From the NCBI GenBank assembly GCA_963664815.2, contig CAXXHB010000003.1, forward strand, positions 2,144,001 through 2,208,000: DNA of 64,000 bases. Direction: 5' to 3'. This stretch comes from Spirochaetota bacterium. Its GTDB lineage: Bacteria; Spirochaetota; UBA4802; UBA5550. The notes under the pieces were generated by a model. That model was given only the letters and a program-made list of their open reading frames with translations, was not told the DNA's origin and did not search any database. Of the stretch, positions 19,578-30,370 are shown piece by piece. Within the stretch, counting starts at the first letter, position 1. Each line of letters begins with the position of its first letter. A program made the position numbers and the translations under genes.

Positions 19578-21296
19578 TCAAAACTGCTCAAAGCTTTCAT
19601 TTCCAATAATTGAGACTCTCTTTTTTTCCGGAGAGCCTGAGTGATCATTTTTTGTCGTTGTATATAAGGATCTATCGAATACCGGGGAAACCGGAACTGA
19701 AACTTTACCTCTGTACAGGTTTGCACCCGAATCAGGTTTTGTCTCCCTGATTTTAAACCTCGATATTAAAGCAACAAGTTCCTGCGCCTGATTTGACATT
19801 TCCTCACTTGCTCCGGCTGTCTCCTCGACAAGGGCCGCGTTATGCTGTGTCATATTATCAAGACCTGTAATGGCAATGGCTATCTGCTCCATTCCCTGTT
19901 TCTGTTCATTTGAAGATGCTGCAATTTCATCAACTAACCTGGCTACATCCTTTACAGATACAATAATCTCTTTTAAAGATTCTCCGCTCTTATATGTTTT
20001 TTCTGTTCCGTTTTCCACTTTTGCGACAGTATCATTGATCAGGTGAGCTATCTCCCTGGCTGCATTCCCCGCTCTCTGGGCGAGGTTCCTCACTTCACCG
20101 GCTACAACAGCAAATCCCCTGCCCTGATCACCAGCCCTGGCTGCTTCAACAGCCGCATTGAGAGCCAGGAGATTTGTCTGAAATGCAATTTCATTAATTA
20201 CCGTGGTTATTTCCCCAATTTTTTTTGCGCTTGTATTAACTTCATTAATAGATTGAACAGTCTCATTGACAAGTTCCCCGCCGCGAATTGCAGTTTGAGA
20301 TGATGTTTCTGACATTCCTTTTGCATTCTGCGAATTTTCATAATTAAAATTTATAGAAGTGCTTGCTTCCTCTATTGTCGAGGCTACTTCCTCAAGTGCG
20401 CTGGCCTGTTCGCTTGTTCTCTGGGACAGATTCTGGTTTCCAATTGCTATCTGTTTTACAGCCTCAACAAGATTTTGTGATGCAGTGATAATATCCGATA
20501 TAAGTTTTTCAAGGTTATCAGCTGTTTTATTCAGTGCCTTACCGAGAGTTCCAAGTTCATCATTCTGATCAAGATCAATCCTCTCAGTAAAATCACCATC
20601 TGCCATTTTCTGGGCAAAAACAAGACCTTTATTAACCGGACTCGAAACTGATTTTGAAAGCAATGTAATGATAAATACACCGATAACCATCGAAACAGAC
20701 AGCGTAATAAGAATAAGAATATTTGTAGTGTAAACATCACCTTCCTGTTTTTCACTTAGTGATTTTCCCTTCTTAATCTGGAGATCTACAAGACTATCAA
20801 TTAAATCCATACCGGATTTATGGACAATAAACCATCCATCCATATATTTCCTGCTTTCAGTAAAATCACCTTTTATAATTGCTTCACTGAATTTTGTTCT
20901 TAATTCAGATCCCCCCTTAACCTCAGCTAATAAATTATCCAATATTTTTATTTCATCGGGAGTTCTGTTCAAGGCCATGTAGCTATCCAGATATTTTTTA
21001 TATTCCTGGATTATAACCTTACTCTCACTGATCAGTTTATCAACTTCTTTTACATCCTTCCTTTCTGCAGCCAGCTGCTGTGACAGCATATTCGTTTTTA
21101 ATACCAGGAATGTTTCATAAACTTTGCTGAGATATACCGATCCGAAAAATCTGTTATTATAGAAATCATTAAATGATTTATCTGCCTTTTTCATATTCAG
21201 GTAGTTGCTTGAAGAAATTATAACTATAATAATCAGAAAAAATGAACATGCGAACAGTACTTTTTTAGATACTTTCATATTGTTAAACCACTTCAT
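19578..21296 (-). CDS. Methyl-accepting chemotaxis protein (4HB sensor, HAMP, MA)
   Basis: IAFQTNLLALNAAVEAARAGDQGRGFAVVAGEVRNLA; two TM helices; GAGG RBS before ATG 21296. Confidence 0.95.
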   Translation of the reverse strand: MKWFNNMKVSKKVLFACSFFLIIIVIISSSNYLNMKKADKSFNDFYNNRFFGSVYLSKVYETFLVLKTNMLSQQLAAERKDVKEVDKLISESKVIIQEYKKYLDSYMALNRTPDEIKILDNLLAEVKGGSELRTKFSEAIIKGDFTESRKYMDGWFIVHKSGMDLIDSLVDLQIKKGKSLSEKQEGDVYTTNILILITLSVSMVIGVFIITLLSKSVSSPVNKGLVFAQKMADGDFTERIDLDQNDELGTLGKALNKTADNLEKLISDIITASQNLVEAVKQIAIGNQNLSQRTSEQASALEEVASTIEEASTSINFNYENSQNAKGMSETSSQTAIRGGELVNETVQSINEVNTSAKKIGEITTVINEIAFQTNLLALNAAVEAARAGDQGRGFAVVAGEVRNLAQRAGNAAREIAHLINDTVAKVENGTEKTYKSGESLKEIIVSVKDVARLVDEIAASSNEQKQGMEQIAIAITGLDNMTQHNAALVEETAGASEEMSNQAQELVALISRFKIRETKPDSGANLYRGKVSVPVSPVFDRSLYTTTKNDHSGSPEKKRVSIIGNESFEQF

Positions 21297-21635
21297 ATTT
21301 GCACCTCTATTAAAATTGAATAAATTATATATATAGATTAAAGATTGAGATACATCACAATATTCTAAAAATACCGATATTGGCAATAGAGTATTCAAAC
21401 TAAAAGAGAGGTTTATTCTATATATTTATCACCCTACTGGTTTATACAAATATAGTATTAATATCTTATAGATATAAACGTTAAGAAATTATTTCTTACT
21501 TCATCCATCTTTAAAAACGCGGTCTTATATATAATCCGGGTGGTAAATCTGTTTTCTTCAGGGGAATTGTTCTTTTTTCAGTTATACTGCTGAATAATAA
21601 GGTAACGACAGTATGAATTCTACAGAGGAGAAATG

Positions 21636-22292
21636 TTAATTGATCAAACCTTTTTTTATTGCATAGATTACAAGATCCGTAACTTTTCTTATATTCAGCT
21701 TTTTCATTATGTTAGAACGGTGGACATTGACCGTCTTTCCGGAAATGAACAGCATTGAGGAGATCTGTTTGTTTGTCTTCCCCTCTGCTATAAGTTTGAG
21801 GATTTCAAGTTCACGTGGAGTAAGCCTGGGAATTACAGAGCCGGAAGCTTTATCATTCTGCTGCCAGTTTGCTACAAAATTATTTACCATCTTTTTTGTT
21901 ACTTCCGGACTCAGATAAATATTATTCTTCATTACTTCCGAAATTGCGCGTATCAGATCCATGCTTGTATTCTCTTTTAATATATATCCATGGACACCAT
22001 ACTGCATCAGATGTTCAATATATTCATCATTATCATATTGTGTAAGTATTATAATCTTAATTTCCGGATGATATTTTCTCAGCTGACGCGCTACCTCCAC
22101 TCCAGTCATTGAAGGCAGTGATATATCAAGGATTACCACATCAGGTTTAAGCTGTTCTATCTTTTCAAGCGCTTCTCTTCCGTCACCTGTTTCGCCTATG
22201 ATCTCATATTCAGGCACACTCTGAATAATTGAGCAGAGTCCTTCACGGAGTATGGCATGATCATCAGCAATAAATATTCTGAGTTTTTTCAT
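21636..22292 (-). CDS. NarL/FixJ-family response regulator
   Basis: IADDHAILREG, VVILDISLP, GYILK, LTPRELEIL HTH. Confidence 0.95.
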   Translation of the reverse strand: MKKLRIFIADDHAILREGLCSIIQSVPEYEIIGETGDGREALEKIEQLKPDVVILDISLPSMTGVEVARQLRKYHPEIKIIILTQYDNDEYIEHLMQYGVHGYILKENTSMDLIRAISEVMKNNIYLSPEVTKKMVNNFVANWQQNDKASGSVIPRLTPRELEILKLIAEGKTNKQISSMLFISGKTVNVHRSNIMKKLNIRKVTDLVIYAIKKGLIN

Positions 22293-22485
22293 AAATCCTC
22301 ACCTTTTCACATAGTAGCAGAATTAAATAAAAACGATAAACTATGAAGTATTCCGGGAATTATTTCAAACATTATACTCTTTATTTAATTCTAATGGGTA
22401 AAATATGCAATAGTGATAAAGCATTAGATTAAAGGGTAATTTTATGTAGTTATATCAATCAGAAATAGAATATTAATACTATCAA

Positions 22486-23964
22486 TTACGGCAGAATGAC
22501 CTTAAGAGTAGTTCCCTTATTCACAGACGTGTCAATTAATATTATACCACCCAGACCTTCAGCTCTCTGTTTCATGCTGATTAATCCACAGTGGTTACGC
22601 GATTTTATAATCTGATAAGGATTAAATCCAATACCATTATCTTCAATGGAAAGCTTTACCCTGTCGTTCTGATTTTCCAGAGTAATTTTCACTCTGTCAG
22701 CCCCGGAATGCTTCAGGATATTGGAGAATGATTCCTGAACAATTCTGTATAGATTTATCTCTGTTTCTTTTTTTGTTTTCAGATCATTGCACAGATCAAG
22801 CTCCACAGAAATTCCTGATGATCCGAGAGAATATTTTGCATATAACCTAATCGCAGATGCAAGTCCGAATTCATCAAGAACCGAGGGAAAAAGATCCGAA
22901 CAGATTTCCCTGAGCTCTTTTACCGACTGGTCAAGCAGAAGAAGCCCACGTTCCAGCCTGTCCGGGTACAGAACTGAATCATTCTTAAACAGGGAGATAT
23001 TAACCTTCGCTGCAAGTATAGACTGCCCTACTCCGTCATGAAGATCTTTAGCTATACGCTGTCTCTCCTGCTCCTGAGAATTAATCATCAACTGATTCAG
23101 GTTTATTATTTCCTTTGTTCTTTCCAGAACTCTCTCTTCAAGCACATCATAAGATCTTTTCAAATCCTCTTCTATCTGTTTTCTGTCTGTTATATCCTGA
23201 AGAAAACCCAGAGTGGATGGTTCTTCTCCAAGTATAATTCTTACAGTATTAACTGAAACATTGAAATCAGTCCCATTTTTTTTATGGCATACGGTTTCAT
23301 AAATATCTGTATCAATTGATCCCTCTTCAAGAGAGATGTTTCTCTTAATCACCAGTTTTCTTTCATTCTCCGCTACAAGCTTAAAACCTGTCATACCAAT
23401 CATATCTTCAGGTTTATCAAATCCGAATATCTTTGCGTATGCCATATTTGCAAACAACAATCTCCTCTTCCTGTATACGACAATTCCGATAGGTGATTCT
23501 TCCAGAAGAATATGACTCTTTATTTCACTTGATCTGTGGGTTTTTTCAACCGGGTTTTTATTGCCGCTGTCAACGTAAAGAGCTATAGAGTTGATTGTTT
23601 CCGTCATATAATCTTTTATAATTACTGCAGATATATCAACCCATAGTTTTGTTCCATTTTTTTTAAGCAGGAAAACTTCAAAGCGCCCGGAGTTGAAATT
23701 TTTTTTAAAGAGCAATCTTATAGTTTTTATTAAAACATGATAATCATCCGTATGTATCATTTCAATAATATGTAAACCATTCAATTCATTACGGCTATAT
23801 CCGAAAAGTTGCTGCCATTTATGGTTTGTCTCGATAAAATATCCATACGGATTAATAACAGCAATTGCCTGAGGATTATTTTCAAAAATATTTCTGAATA
23901 CATTTTCATCCGTTTCATTTATATTATAGTTGTATTCATAAATTGATTCTTCTTTTATATACAT
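22486..23964 (-). CDS. PAS-PAS HisKA_3 sensor histidine kinase
   Basis: ERQRIAKDLHDGVGQ, QESFSNILKH, EDNGIGF, GLISMKQR, KGTTL all intact. Confidence 0.93.
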   Translation of the reverse strand: MYIKEESIYEYNYNINETDENVFRNIFENNPQAIAVINPYGYFIETNHKWQQLFGYSRNELNGLHIIEMIHTDDYHVLIKTIRLLFKKNFNSGRFEVFLLKKNGTKLWVDISAVIIKDYMTETINSIALYVDSGNKNPVEKTHRSSEIKSHILLEESPIGIVVYRKRRLLFANMAYAKIFGFDKPEDMIGMTGFKLVAENERKLVIKRNISLEEGSIDTDIYETVCHKKNGTDFNVSVNTVRIILGEEPSTLGFLQDITDRKQIEEDLKRSYDVLEERVLERTKEIINLNQLMINSQEQERQRIAKDLHDGVGQSILAAKVNISLFKNDSVLYPDRLERGLLLLDQSVKELREICSDLFPSVLDEFGLASAIRLYAKYSLGSSGISVELDLCNDLKTKKETEINLYRIVQESFSNILKHSGADRVKITLENQNDRVKLSIEDNGIGFNPYQIIKSRNHCGLISMKQRAEGLGGIILIDTSVNKGTTLKVILP

Positions 23965-24373
23965 GTAAGATCTCTTGCTATATAGATTTTTTATTATTAC
24001 AAATCAGTATATGTCCCACTATTATGTAATGTTTAATATTTAATATTTGATATTTTAAAATCTAACATTACTGGCAGATAAGCATGTATTTTGTCAAGGA
24101 TGATACTATGTAAACTGTTGATATACAAAACAAACTAAATTTTTGACAGAAGATCTTTTTAGTCTGGTATCACCAAAAAAATATTGACACGCTAAAAAAA
24201 CGTTTTTATCAATAAAAACAGGATTATGATTTAACCACCTTGATTAATATTTTCAAAAAAATAAAAAATATGGGTAATTTTATGGCTTTTTTTCTACTTA
24301 TTATATAGGTTTTTGCCACCTTTTATCTGTTGATAGCAGTAAGAAATATTCTTAAATTTTTAAGGAAGTTAAA

Positions 24374-25822
24374 ATGAATTTAAAAAAATGTATAAAATTT
24401 ATAATTACGTTTTCAGCAGCTATAATCTTATCTCTTGCCCTTGAAGTACCATTAATGGCTGAATTTATCTTTTTAAAAGACGGTTCTATTACTGAAGGCG
24501 TTATAATATCTGATTCGGCCGGTTCTGTAACCTTCCGTACTGCTGATAAAAAAGTTAAACAGATACCACGTCATTCAATACTGCGTATACTATATACAAA
24601 GCTGAAAATGGGAAAGATATATATACAGAAACGTGATGGCAAAGGTCTTGTTGCCTTTATGGTCGATGAAGATCAGGAGAATTATACATTCCGAAAAGAG
24701 TTATTTAAACCTGAAGAATTCATAATTAAAAGAAGTGATGTACTCTTTGTATCTGAAAAAAATCCATCAGGACTGCAGGTTGATGGAGATATCTCAACAG
24801 ACAGGGTTTCTCTTTTATGGCTGCCTCCGTACGATGCTGTAAAGAAGTATAATATTTATATTAAAAACAGTGAAAAAGATAAATACAAACTTATCGACAG
24901 CACTGGAAGTAAATCAATAACTTTGAAGCACCTTTCCAGTAACACTACATACTTTATAATTGTGACAAGCATAGACAATACTGATTACGAATCGTCACCA
25001 AGTAATGAACTTAAAATAACGACAAGGAATATCAGGCCATCCAGACCTGTTATTTCATCAATAGATATAATAAATGCAAACGACAACAGGATTATGTGGG
25101 AACCCTCTGATGATCCTGACGGCAAAGTGGAAAAATACAGGGTATATGCAATACTTGATAAAAAACGCACCATGATAACTGAACTTAAAAAAACAGAGTA
25201 CACTTTAAAAGACGTCCAACGTTATAGCAGGGTTGAAATCGTCGCAGTTGATGATAAAGGCGATGAATCATATACATCAAATGTCAAATTTGAGAGGAAT
25301 ACAATATTTGGAATTTATCCGGGAGTTATAATACCACTCGGGAAATTTTCAGATATTGCAGGCATCGGCTATGGCGGGTTGATTAAATTCAGCGAAAGAA
25401 ATATACTCTTTAAAAGATTTGAAGTTGGGATAGGTGCGGGATTCTACTATATGGATGGTAAAGACCTTATTGAAAAAGGTAAATCGCTTTATAACAGATT
25501 TCTCATAATTCCATTGCTTGTCAATACGGGGTACAGATTCACTTTCGGTGACAGTTTTTCTATTGCTCCTTCTTTATCTCTCGGCGCTTCGTTTATCAAT
25601 ATTAATTATATGAGCAAAAAGCTTACAACCATGGGTGATCTGGCAGAAATTAATGAAACAGGCAATACAATCGATCCCACAGCTAAAGCGGGGTTAGGTA
25701 TTGAATACAGAATAACAGATTCCATATCCTTTTCGCTGCAGGGAGAATACGGATTGTTTGTTGAAAAAGGCGGTTCAATGCCGTTCGCAACCGCGACACT
25801 GAGTACGGATTACAGGTTTTAA
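24374..25822 (+). CDS. Exported protein with FN3 domains and a C-terminal outer-membrane beta-barrel
   Basis: Signal peptide; FN3 (LLWLPP..YNIY..LSSNTTYFIIVTSID..ES.PSNEL); amphipathic strands ending in DYRF. Confidence 0.7.
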   Translation: MNLKKCIKFIITFSAAIILSLALEVPLMAEFIFLKDGSITEGVIISDSAGSVTFRTADKKVKQIPRHSILRILYTKLKMGKIYIQKRDGKGLVAFMVDEDQENYTFRKELFKPEEFIIKRSDVLFVSEKNPSGLQVDGDISTDRVSLLWLPPYDAVKKYNIYIKNSEKDKYKLIDSTGSKSITLKHLSSNTTYFIIVTSIDNTDYESSPSNELKITTRNIRPSRPVISSIDIINANDNRIMWEPSDDPDGKVEKYRVYAILDKKRTMITELKKTEYTLKDVQRYSRVEIVAVDDKGDESYTSNVKFERNTIFGIYPGVIIPLGKFSDIAGIGYGGLIKFSERNILFKRFEVGIGAGFYYMDGKDLIEKGKSLYNRFLIIPLLVNTGYRFTFGDSFSIAPSLSLGASFININYMSKKLTTMGDLAEINETGNTIDPTAKAGLGIEYRITDSISFSLQGEYGLFVEKGGSMPFATATLSTDYRF

Positions 25823-25848
25823 TCTATTTTAGAAAAAGGAAATTTTAC

Positions 25849-26841
25849 ATGAATACAAAAATTTTTATCTCAATTATCTTTCTTTTAAACATACTCTCCT
25901 GCTACAACGGAATAAATGATTCATATAATACAACAAGCGACACGGTGCCAGCCGGATACAGCGTTTCATACAAACTGCCCGACAGTGTAAGCTTCAGCAT
26001 GAAGTATGTCCCCGGTGGAACATTCCCGACAGGTGTCAATGATTCAGGGGATACAGATGGTGATAACATCAACGATGTCTCTTCGCCGTCAACAATAAGT
26101 ACTCCATTCTGGATAGCTGAGACTGAAACCACATATCAGCTATGGAAAGCAGTTTACGATTGGGCATTAACACACGGTTATACAATTTCACATGCCGGAG
26201 TAATGGGAGATGGTACCGGAGATACAAATCAGCATCCTGTAACTACAATAAACTGGCGTGATATGATGGTTTGGTGTAATGCACTGACGGAGTACTATAA
26301 TGCCAATAACAGCAGCGATAAAGATCTGGATTGTGTATATTATACTGATGCAGCCTTTACTGTCCCAATCCGGGCAGCTGATGACACCGCCTCACTCTCG
26401 GCAGCACCTGGTGCTGAAGATAATCCTTATGTAAAATCAACAGCCAGCGGGTTTCGTCTTCCGGGGAGCATGGAATGGGAATGTGCTGCACGATATAAGA
26501 ATGGAATTACATGGACTCCCGGATCATATGCGAGCGGAGCAACAGCTGCCTACACAGATGTAACGGCTACCGAGCTGGTCTCGTGGGATTCTGCGAATGC
26601 CGGTAGTAGTACGCATGCTGTAAAAAGTAAATCAGCCAATTCTCTCGGTATTTATGACATGAGCGGTAATGTCTGGGAATGGTGTTTTGATGGGAAGCCA
26701 TCCTATCCTTATGGTACTCGAGTAGAAAGAGGTGGCAATATAAGTTATACCAAAAATGCTTTACAAGTGGGATTTGTTGATTATCTGGGAACATGGAACG
26801 AAGGCACTTATATCGGTTTCAGGATAGCAAGAACTCAATAA
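25849..26841 (+). CDS. FGE-sulfatase (SUMF1/CLec-fold) domain lipoprotein
   Basis: Lipobox-like ILSC; ETETTY, HPVTTINW, FRLP..EWE.AAR, N.LGIYDMSGNVWEWC, GFRIAR. Confidence 0.88.
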   Translation: MNTKIFISIIFLLNILSCYNGINDSYNTTSDTVPAGYSVSYKLPDSVSFSMKYVPGGTFPTGVNDSGDTDGDNINDVSSPSTISTPFWIAETETTYQLWKAVYDWALTHGYTISHAGVMGDGTGDTNQHPVTTINWRDMMVWCNALTEYYNANNSSDKDLDCVYYTDAAFTVPIRAADDTASLSAAPGAEDNPYVKSTASGFRLPGSMEWECAARYKNGITWTPGSYASGATAAYTDVTATELVSWDSANAGSSTHAVKSKSANSLGIYDMSGNVWEWCFDGKPSYPYGTRVERGGNISYTKNALQVGFVDYLGTWNEGTYIGFRIARTQ

Positions 26842-26891
26842 TCTTTTATTATATTTTTATATTTTTTGCCGAGACAGGTGATAAAAGCAGG

Positions 26892-27902
26892 TTACCTGGT
26901 TTGATAAAAATACTTATCACCGTTATGAAAGATTATCTTTTCTCTTTCAAGCTTCTGAAGCGTTAATTCTATCCACCCTTCGGCAAAGTTTTTTTTAAAG
27001 CGGTTATCAGATGGATACAGTCTGTCGATAATTTCTCTCAGTGAAAAGCCATCTGGTTTTGATTTAATCAGAAGTGAAAGGACATCATCCGTTCTTTTTT
27101 TTCTCCATTCTATAATTTCATTTAATCTCTCATAAGTTCTTGTAACAGGTCCTCCATGGGCAGGCAATATAATCTTCAGATTATTCAGATTCATCATTTT
27201 TATTAATGATGCTTCATACTGTTCCAGGTCAGATTTCGGAGGCCCCAGCCAGACATTGATGCTTTTCATCACATTATCACCTGAGAAGAGTATTCCATTA
27301 TTTTTATCATATAGAATTATATGATCACTGGAATGCCCGGGGGAATTAAACAGATACCACTCCCTGCCGTTGATATCAATTTTACTGTCCTGTTCAATAA
27401 TAATGTCCGGATCAGGAACAAAAGAGAGCCCCCATGATAACGCATAGACAGTGAACTCAAGTTCCTGTAAAAATGTTTTAAACAGATAAAATAGTACTCC
27501 GGCTGGTGGAATCTTTTTTCTCCTGTTATTCATCTCATATGAATCCCTGTAATCCCTGCTGCTTTTTATGATTCTGTTCATCTCTCCGGTAACTAATATC
27601 CGGAATCCCCATTTACTCCTGAGCTTTTTCAAACCTGAGAAATGATCGGCATGCGCATGGCTCAACAGAATTCTATCAATGTTATTTTCCACACCCCTTT
27701 CCTTACAGATTCCGATTATTTCTTTATAAGCCTTTGAAAATCTTCTTACAGAGCCACGGTCACCATAGCCCGCATCAAAAACCAGTCCGTTTTTCCCGGT
27801 AATGACATATATGTTTACAGGTGGTTTGAAAATTCCGATTACTCCTTTCTCTTTAATACTGAATATTCCCGGATAAACTTCTTTCAGAAACTTATTTTTC
27901 AT
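26892..27902 (-). CDS. MBL-fold metallo-hydrolase with a winged-helix-like tail
   Basis: SHAHADHFSG, PGHSSDH, FSGD, PAHG. Confidence 0.85.
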   Translation of the reverse strand: MKNKFLKEVYPGIFSIKEKGVIGIFKPPVNIYVITGKNGLVFDAGYGDRGSVRRFSKAYKEIIGICKERGVENNIDRILLSHAHADHFSGLKKLRSKWGFRILVTGEMNRIIKSSRDYRDSYEMNNRRKKIPPAGVLFYLFKTFLQELEFTVYALSWGLSFVPDPDIIIEQDSKIDINGREWYLFNSPGHSSDHIILYDKNNGILFSGDNVMKSINVWLGPPKSDLEQYEASLIKMMNLNNLKIILPAHGGPVTRTYERLNEIIEWRKKRTDDVLSLLIKSKPDGFSLREIIDRLYPSDNRFKKNFAEGWIELTLQKLEREKIIFHNGDKYFYQTR

Positions 27903-28079
27903 TATTTATTAACCGTTATCTTTCTCATTAAGTATTTCAGGCTTATATCGTAATCTTATCAGGTTTTTCTTAAAATTCATATATCATTCGTAAAATCAAT
28001 TAAAATCTATAAATTTTTTCTTGATAAAATTCTGTATTTTATTAATCTTCAGTCATTCACCGTTTATAGAGTTTATACA

Positions 28080-28445
28080 ATGTCAATTTTTGAAAAAATA
28101 GCTGAAAGAAAAATCGAACAGGCCATGGCAAATGGCGAATTTGACAACCTTCCCAACAGCGGCAAACCACTCCCTCCGGATGACCTGGAAATGGTTCCTG
28201 AAGATTTGAGAATGGCTTATAAAATTCTTAAAAATGCAGGGATAGTACCGGAAGAGATTGAGCTTCAGAAAAGTATTGTAAACCTCACTACACTGCTTAA
28301 TGCCTGCGCAGACGAAGAAGAAAGAAAAAACATAAGATTAAAGATAAATGAAAAACAGCTCAGATACAATATGATTATGGAATCCCGGGGGCTAAAAAGA
28401 CTGGATCCGTTATACTTTGATAAAATAATGGATAAACTTAAATAA
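28080..28445 (+). CDS. DUF1992-type (DnaJ-related) protein
   Basis: IAERKIEQAMANGEFDNLP..GKPL, LRMAYKILKNAG.VP.E. Confidence 0.9.
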   Translation: MSIFEKIAERKIEQAMANGEFDNLPNSGKPLPPDDLEMVPEDLRMAYKILKNAGIVPEEIELQKSIVNLTTLLNACADEEERKNIRLKINEKQLRYNMIMESRGLKRLDPLYFDKIMDKLK

Positions 28446-28492
28446 CCTGAAGTTTTACAGACAGTATTGTAATTTCATTGCGCAGCAGCTTA

Positions 28493-29293
28493 TTAAAACC
28501 GGCAGTTTTGTTGAGATAAAAAATCCCTGACCATTGCAATATCATCAATCATAAAACCATCAGCTCCAGCCTCGAAAACTCTTTTTAGCTGTATTTTATC
28601 TGATACATTCCATATATGAATCTTTATTCCTTTACGATGAAGCTGCTCAATAATTGCTCCGCTGGAAAGATACGATGCTCCTATGGCTTCCGGAACCTGG
28701 TATGCGTCAGCTTTAAACCCTTTGACAAAATATATCAACCCGGATTTAAAGAGAGCATAAACCCCCAGTATTCCTGCAAAAGTAAAAGATGTGGCACATT
28801 GAGGAAGAAGCTTTCTCACAAGCTTAATATTCTTTCCATACATTGAAGATGTCAGAACTCTGTCATATGCATTGTAGTTTTGAATTATTGAAACATAACT
28901 GTTAACAAGTTCCGTATCTTTTGTCATTATTGTGATATTAAATTTTTTATCCGGAAAAGTACTTAGAATCTCTTCAAGCGTCATAAATCTATAATTTTTA
29001 TCACGTAAAGAGAATTCTCCATTATTATCCCTGAAACTGTAACCTGCGTCAAAGCTTTTTAATTCATCCTTTGTAAAATCCGATACCAAACCCTTTGATT
29101 CACAGAGATTGTCAATTATTGTCTCTGATATTGCCATGATGATCTTATCCTTTGAAAACTGTATATTAAGGCAGACAACTTCAGCTCCTTCTGTAAAAGC
29201 TTCCTCTACTGCTTTAATTGTATTACCCGGATATTTTTTTGATGATGCGCTGTTAAAAAACACGACTGGTTCTGGTGTAAAAAAAGGTTTCAT
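28493..29293 (-). CDS. GDPD-fold protein with catalytic residues substituted
   Basis: P.NT..A...A...GA, KD, ELKSFDAGYSF, TLEEIL, HIWNV, GADGFMID scaffold present; HRG, ExD and HD absent. Confidence 0.8.
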   Translation of the reverse strand: MKPFFTPEPVVFFNSASSKKYPGNTIKAVEEAFTEGAEVVCLNIQFSKDKIIMAISETIIDNLCESKGLVSDFTKDELKSFDAGYSFRDNNGEFSLRDKNYRFMTLEEILSTFPDKKFNITIMTKDTELVNSYVSIIQNYNAYDRVLTSSMYGKNIKLVRKLLPQCATSFTFAGILGVYALFKSGLIYFVKGFKADAYQVPEAIGASYLSSGAIIEQLHRKGIKIHIWNVSDKIQLKRVFEAGADGFMIDDIAMVRDFLSQQNCRF

Positions 29294-29700
29294 TCATTAA
29301 TACCTGATATAATCCAATAATTTTAATTAAAAACAATTTCAATAAAAATAAAATAATAATAGAACTTGAGACTAAACTGAACCCTGTACCAGCATGAAAG
29401 CTGCTGCGAGAATATTTTAAAATTTTTTACACCTTTAAACCACAAAAATAAATTTATTCTGCAGCAATTTTATTATATAAAACCCTATGACGCAGTTCTT
29501 ATCATTGATTTCTCTATACATTTTTTTTATTTATAATTATTTAACTATCTGTTTAACTGACAGTAATACTTATAAATAGTAACGTATATATAAATTTTAT
29601 CTTTTATAAATAATTATATATTTTTTTTTATTGCTTTTAAAAATACCTGATATATTATTTAAATATATGGCAACAAAAATTTGTTTTCAAGGATGATAAT

Positions 29701-30243
29701 ATGGCAACCGCAACAGCTCTTATAAAAGCATATATGACAGAAACCATTCCTTCGAATGGAGGATTTATTGTAACTGCATATTTCATACACGGCAGCTACT
29801 CAATATACGAAATAACTGCTTACAGAAATGTAAAGGATATATTCAGAACAGAAGATGGTGTTACTTTTAAAACTGACGGAAACAGAACCCATATACTTGT
29901 TGAGCCAGTTTCATACACAAAGAAATATGTAGAGCCTGTCAACAGGGAAGCCGGTGATTCTATTCCATACAGGTTTAATGAAATGACTACAATTCTAGGA
30001 CCTAAAAGTGAAAAAATTATGATCCCTGAAAAACCTATCATGCTCTATTCATCGTTTACAATTCTTGAACAGCAAACCGATTATTTTTCTTATATATTTC
30101 ATCCTACAAAAGATGTTTATGTTGCAATGAAAAAGTTTTTGGCAGATTCGTTGTATAATGATTGTAATCTGGGGCTATCTGTTTCGAAAGAAGTATCTTC
30201 AAAATGTCTTGAGATAATTAAACAGTTTTCCATTTTTGGATGA
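29701..30243 (+). CDS. Hypothetical protein (180 aa)
   Basis: Long ORF with AAGGA RBS and protein-like composition; family not identified. Confidence 0.7.
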   Translation: MATATALIKAYMTETIPSNGGFIVTAYFIHGSYSIYEITAYRNVKDIFRTEDGVTFKTDGNRTHILVEPVSYTKKYVEPVNREAGDSIPYRFNEMTTILGPKSEKIMIPEKPIMLYSSFTILEQQTDYFSYIFHPTKDVYVAMKKFLADSLYNDCNLGLSVSKEVSSKCLEIIKQFSIFG

Positions 30244-30370
30244 TTACATTTGTTTTTTTATCAATTCCTGATTCTTCATTCACATATGTTACAGGGTAAA
30301 TATTGTTGACAAATTGTTATTTAAAACATTCTATATTTTTAAATATGAAAATGAGGTAATTCAAACATAA

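Noticed and set aside
26690-26900. Complete DGR at the FGE lipoprotein
   Set aside because: No reverse transcriptase, accessory gene, template repeat or downstream hairpin seen in the window
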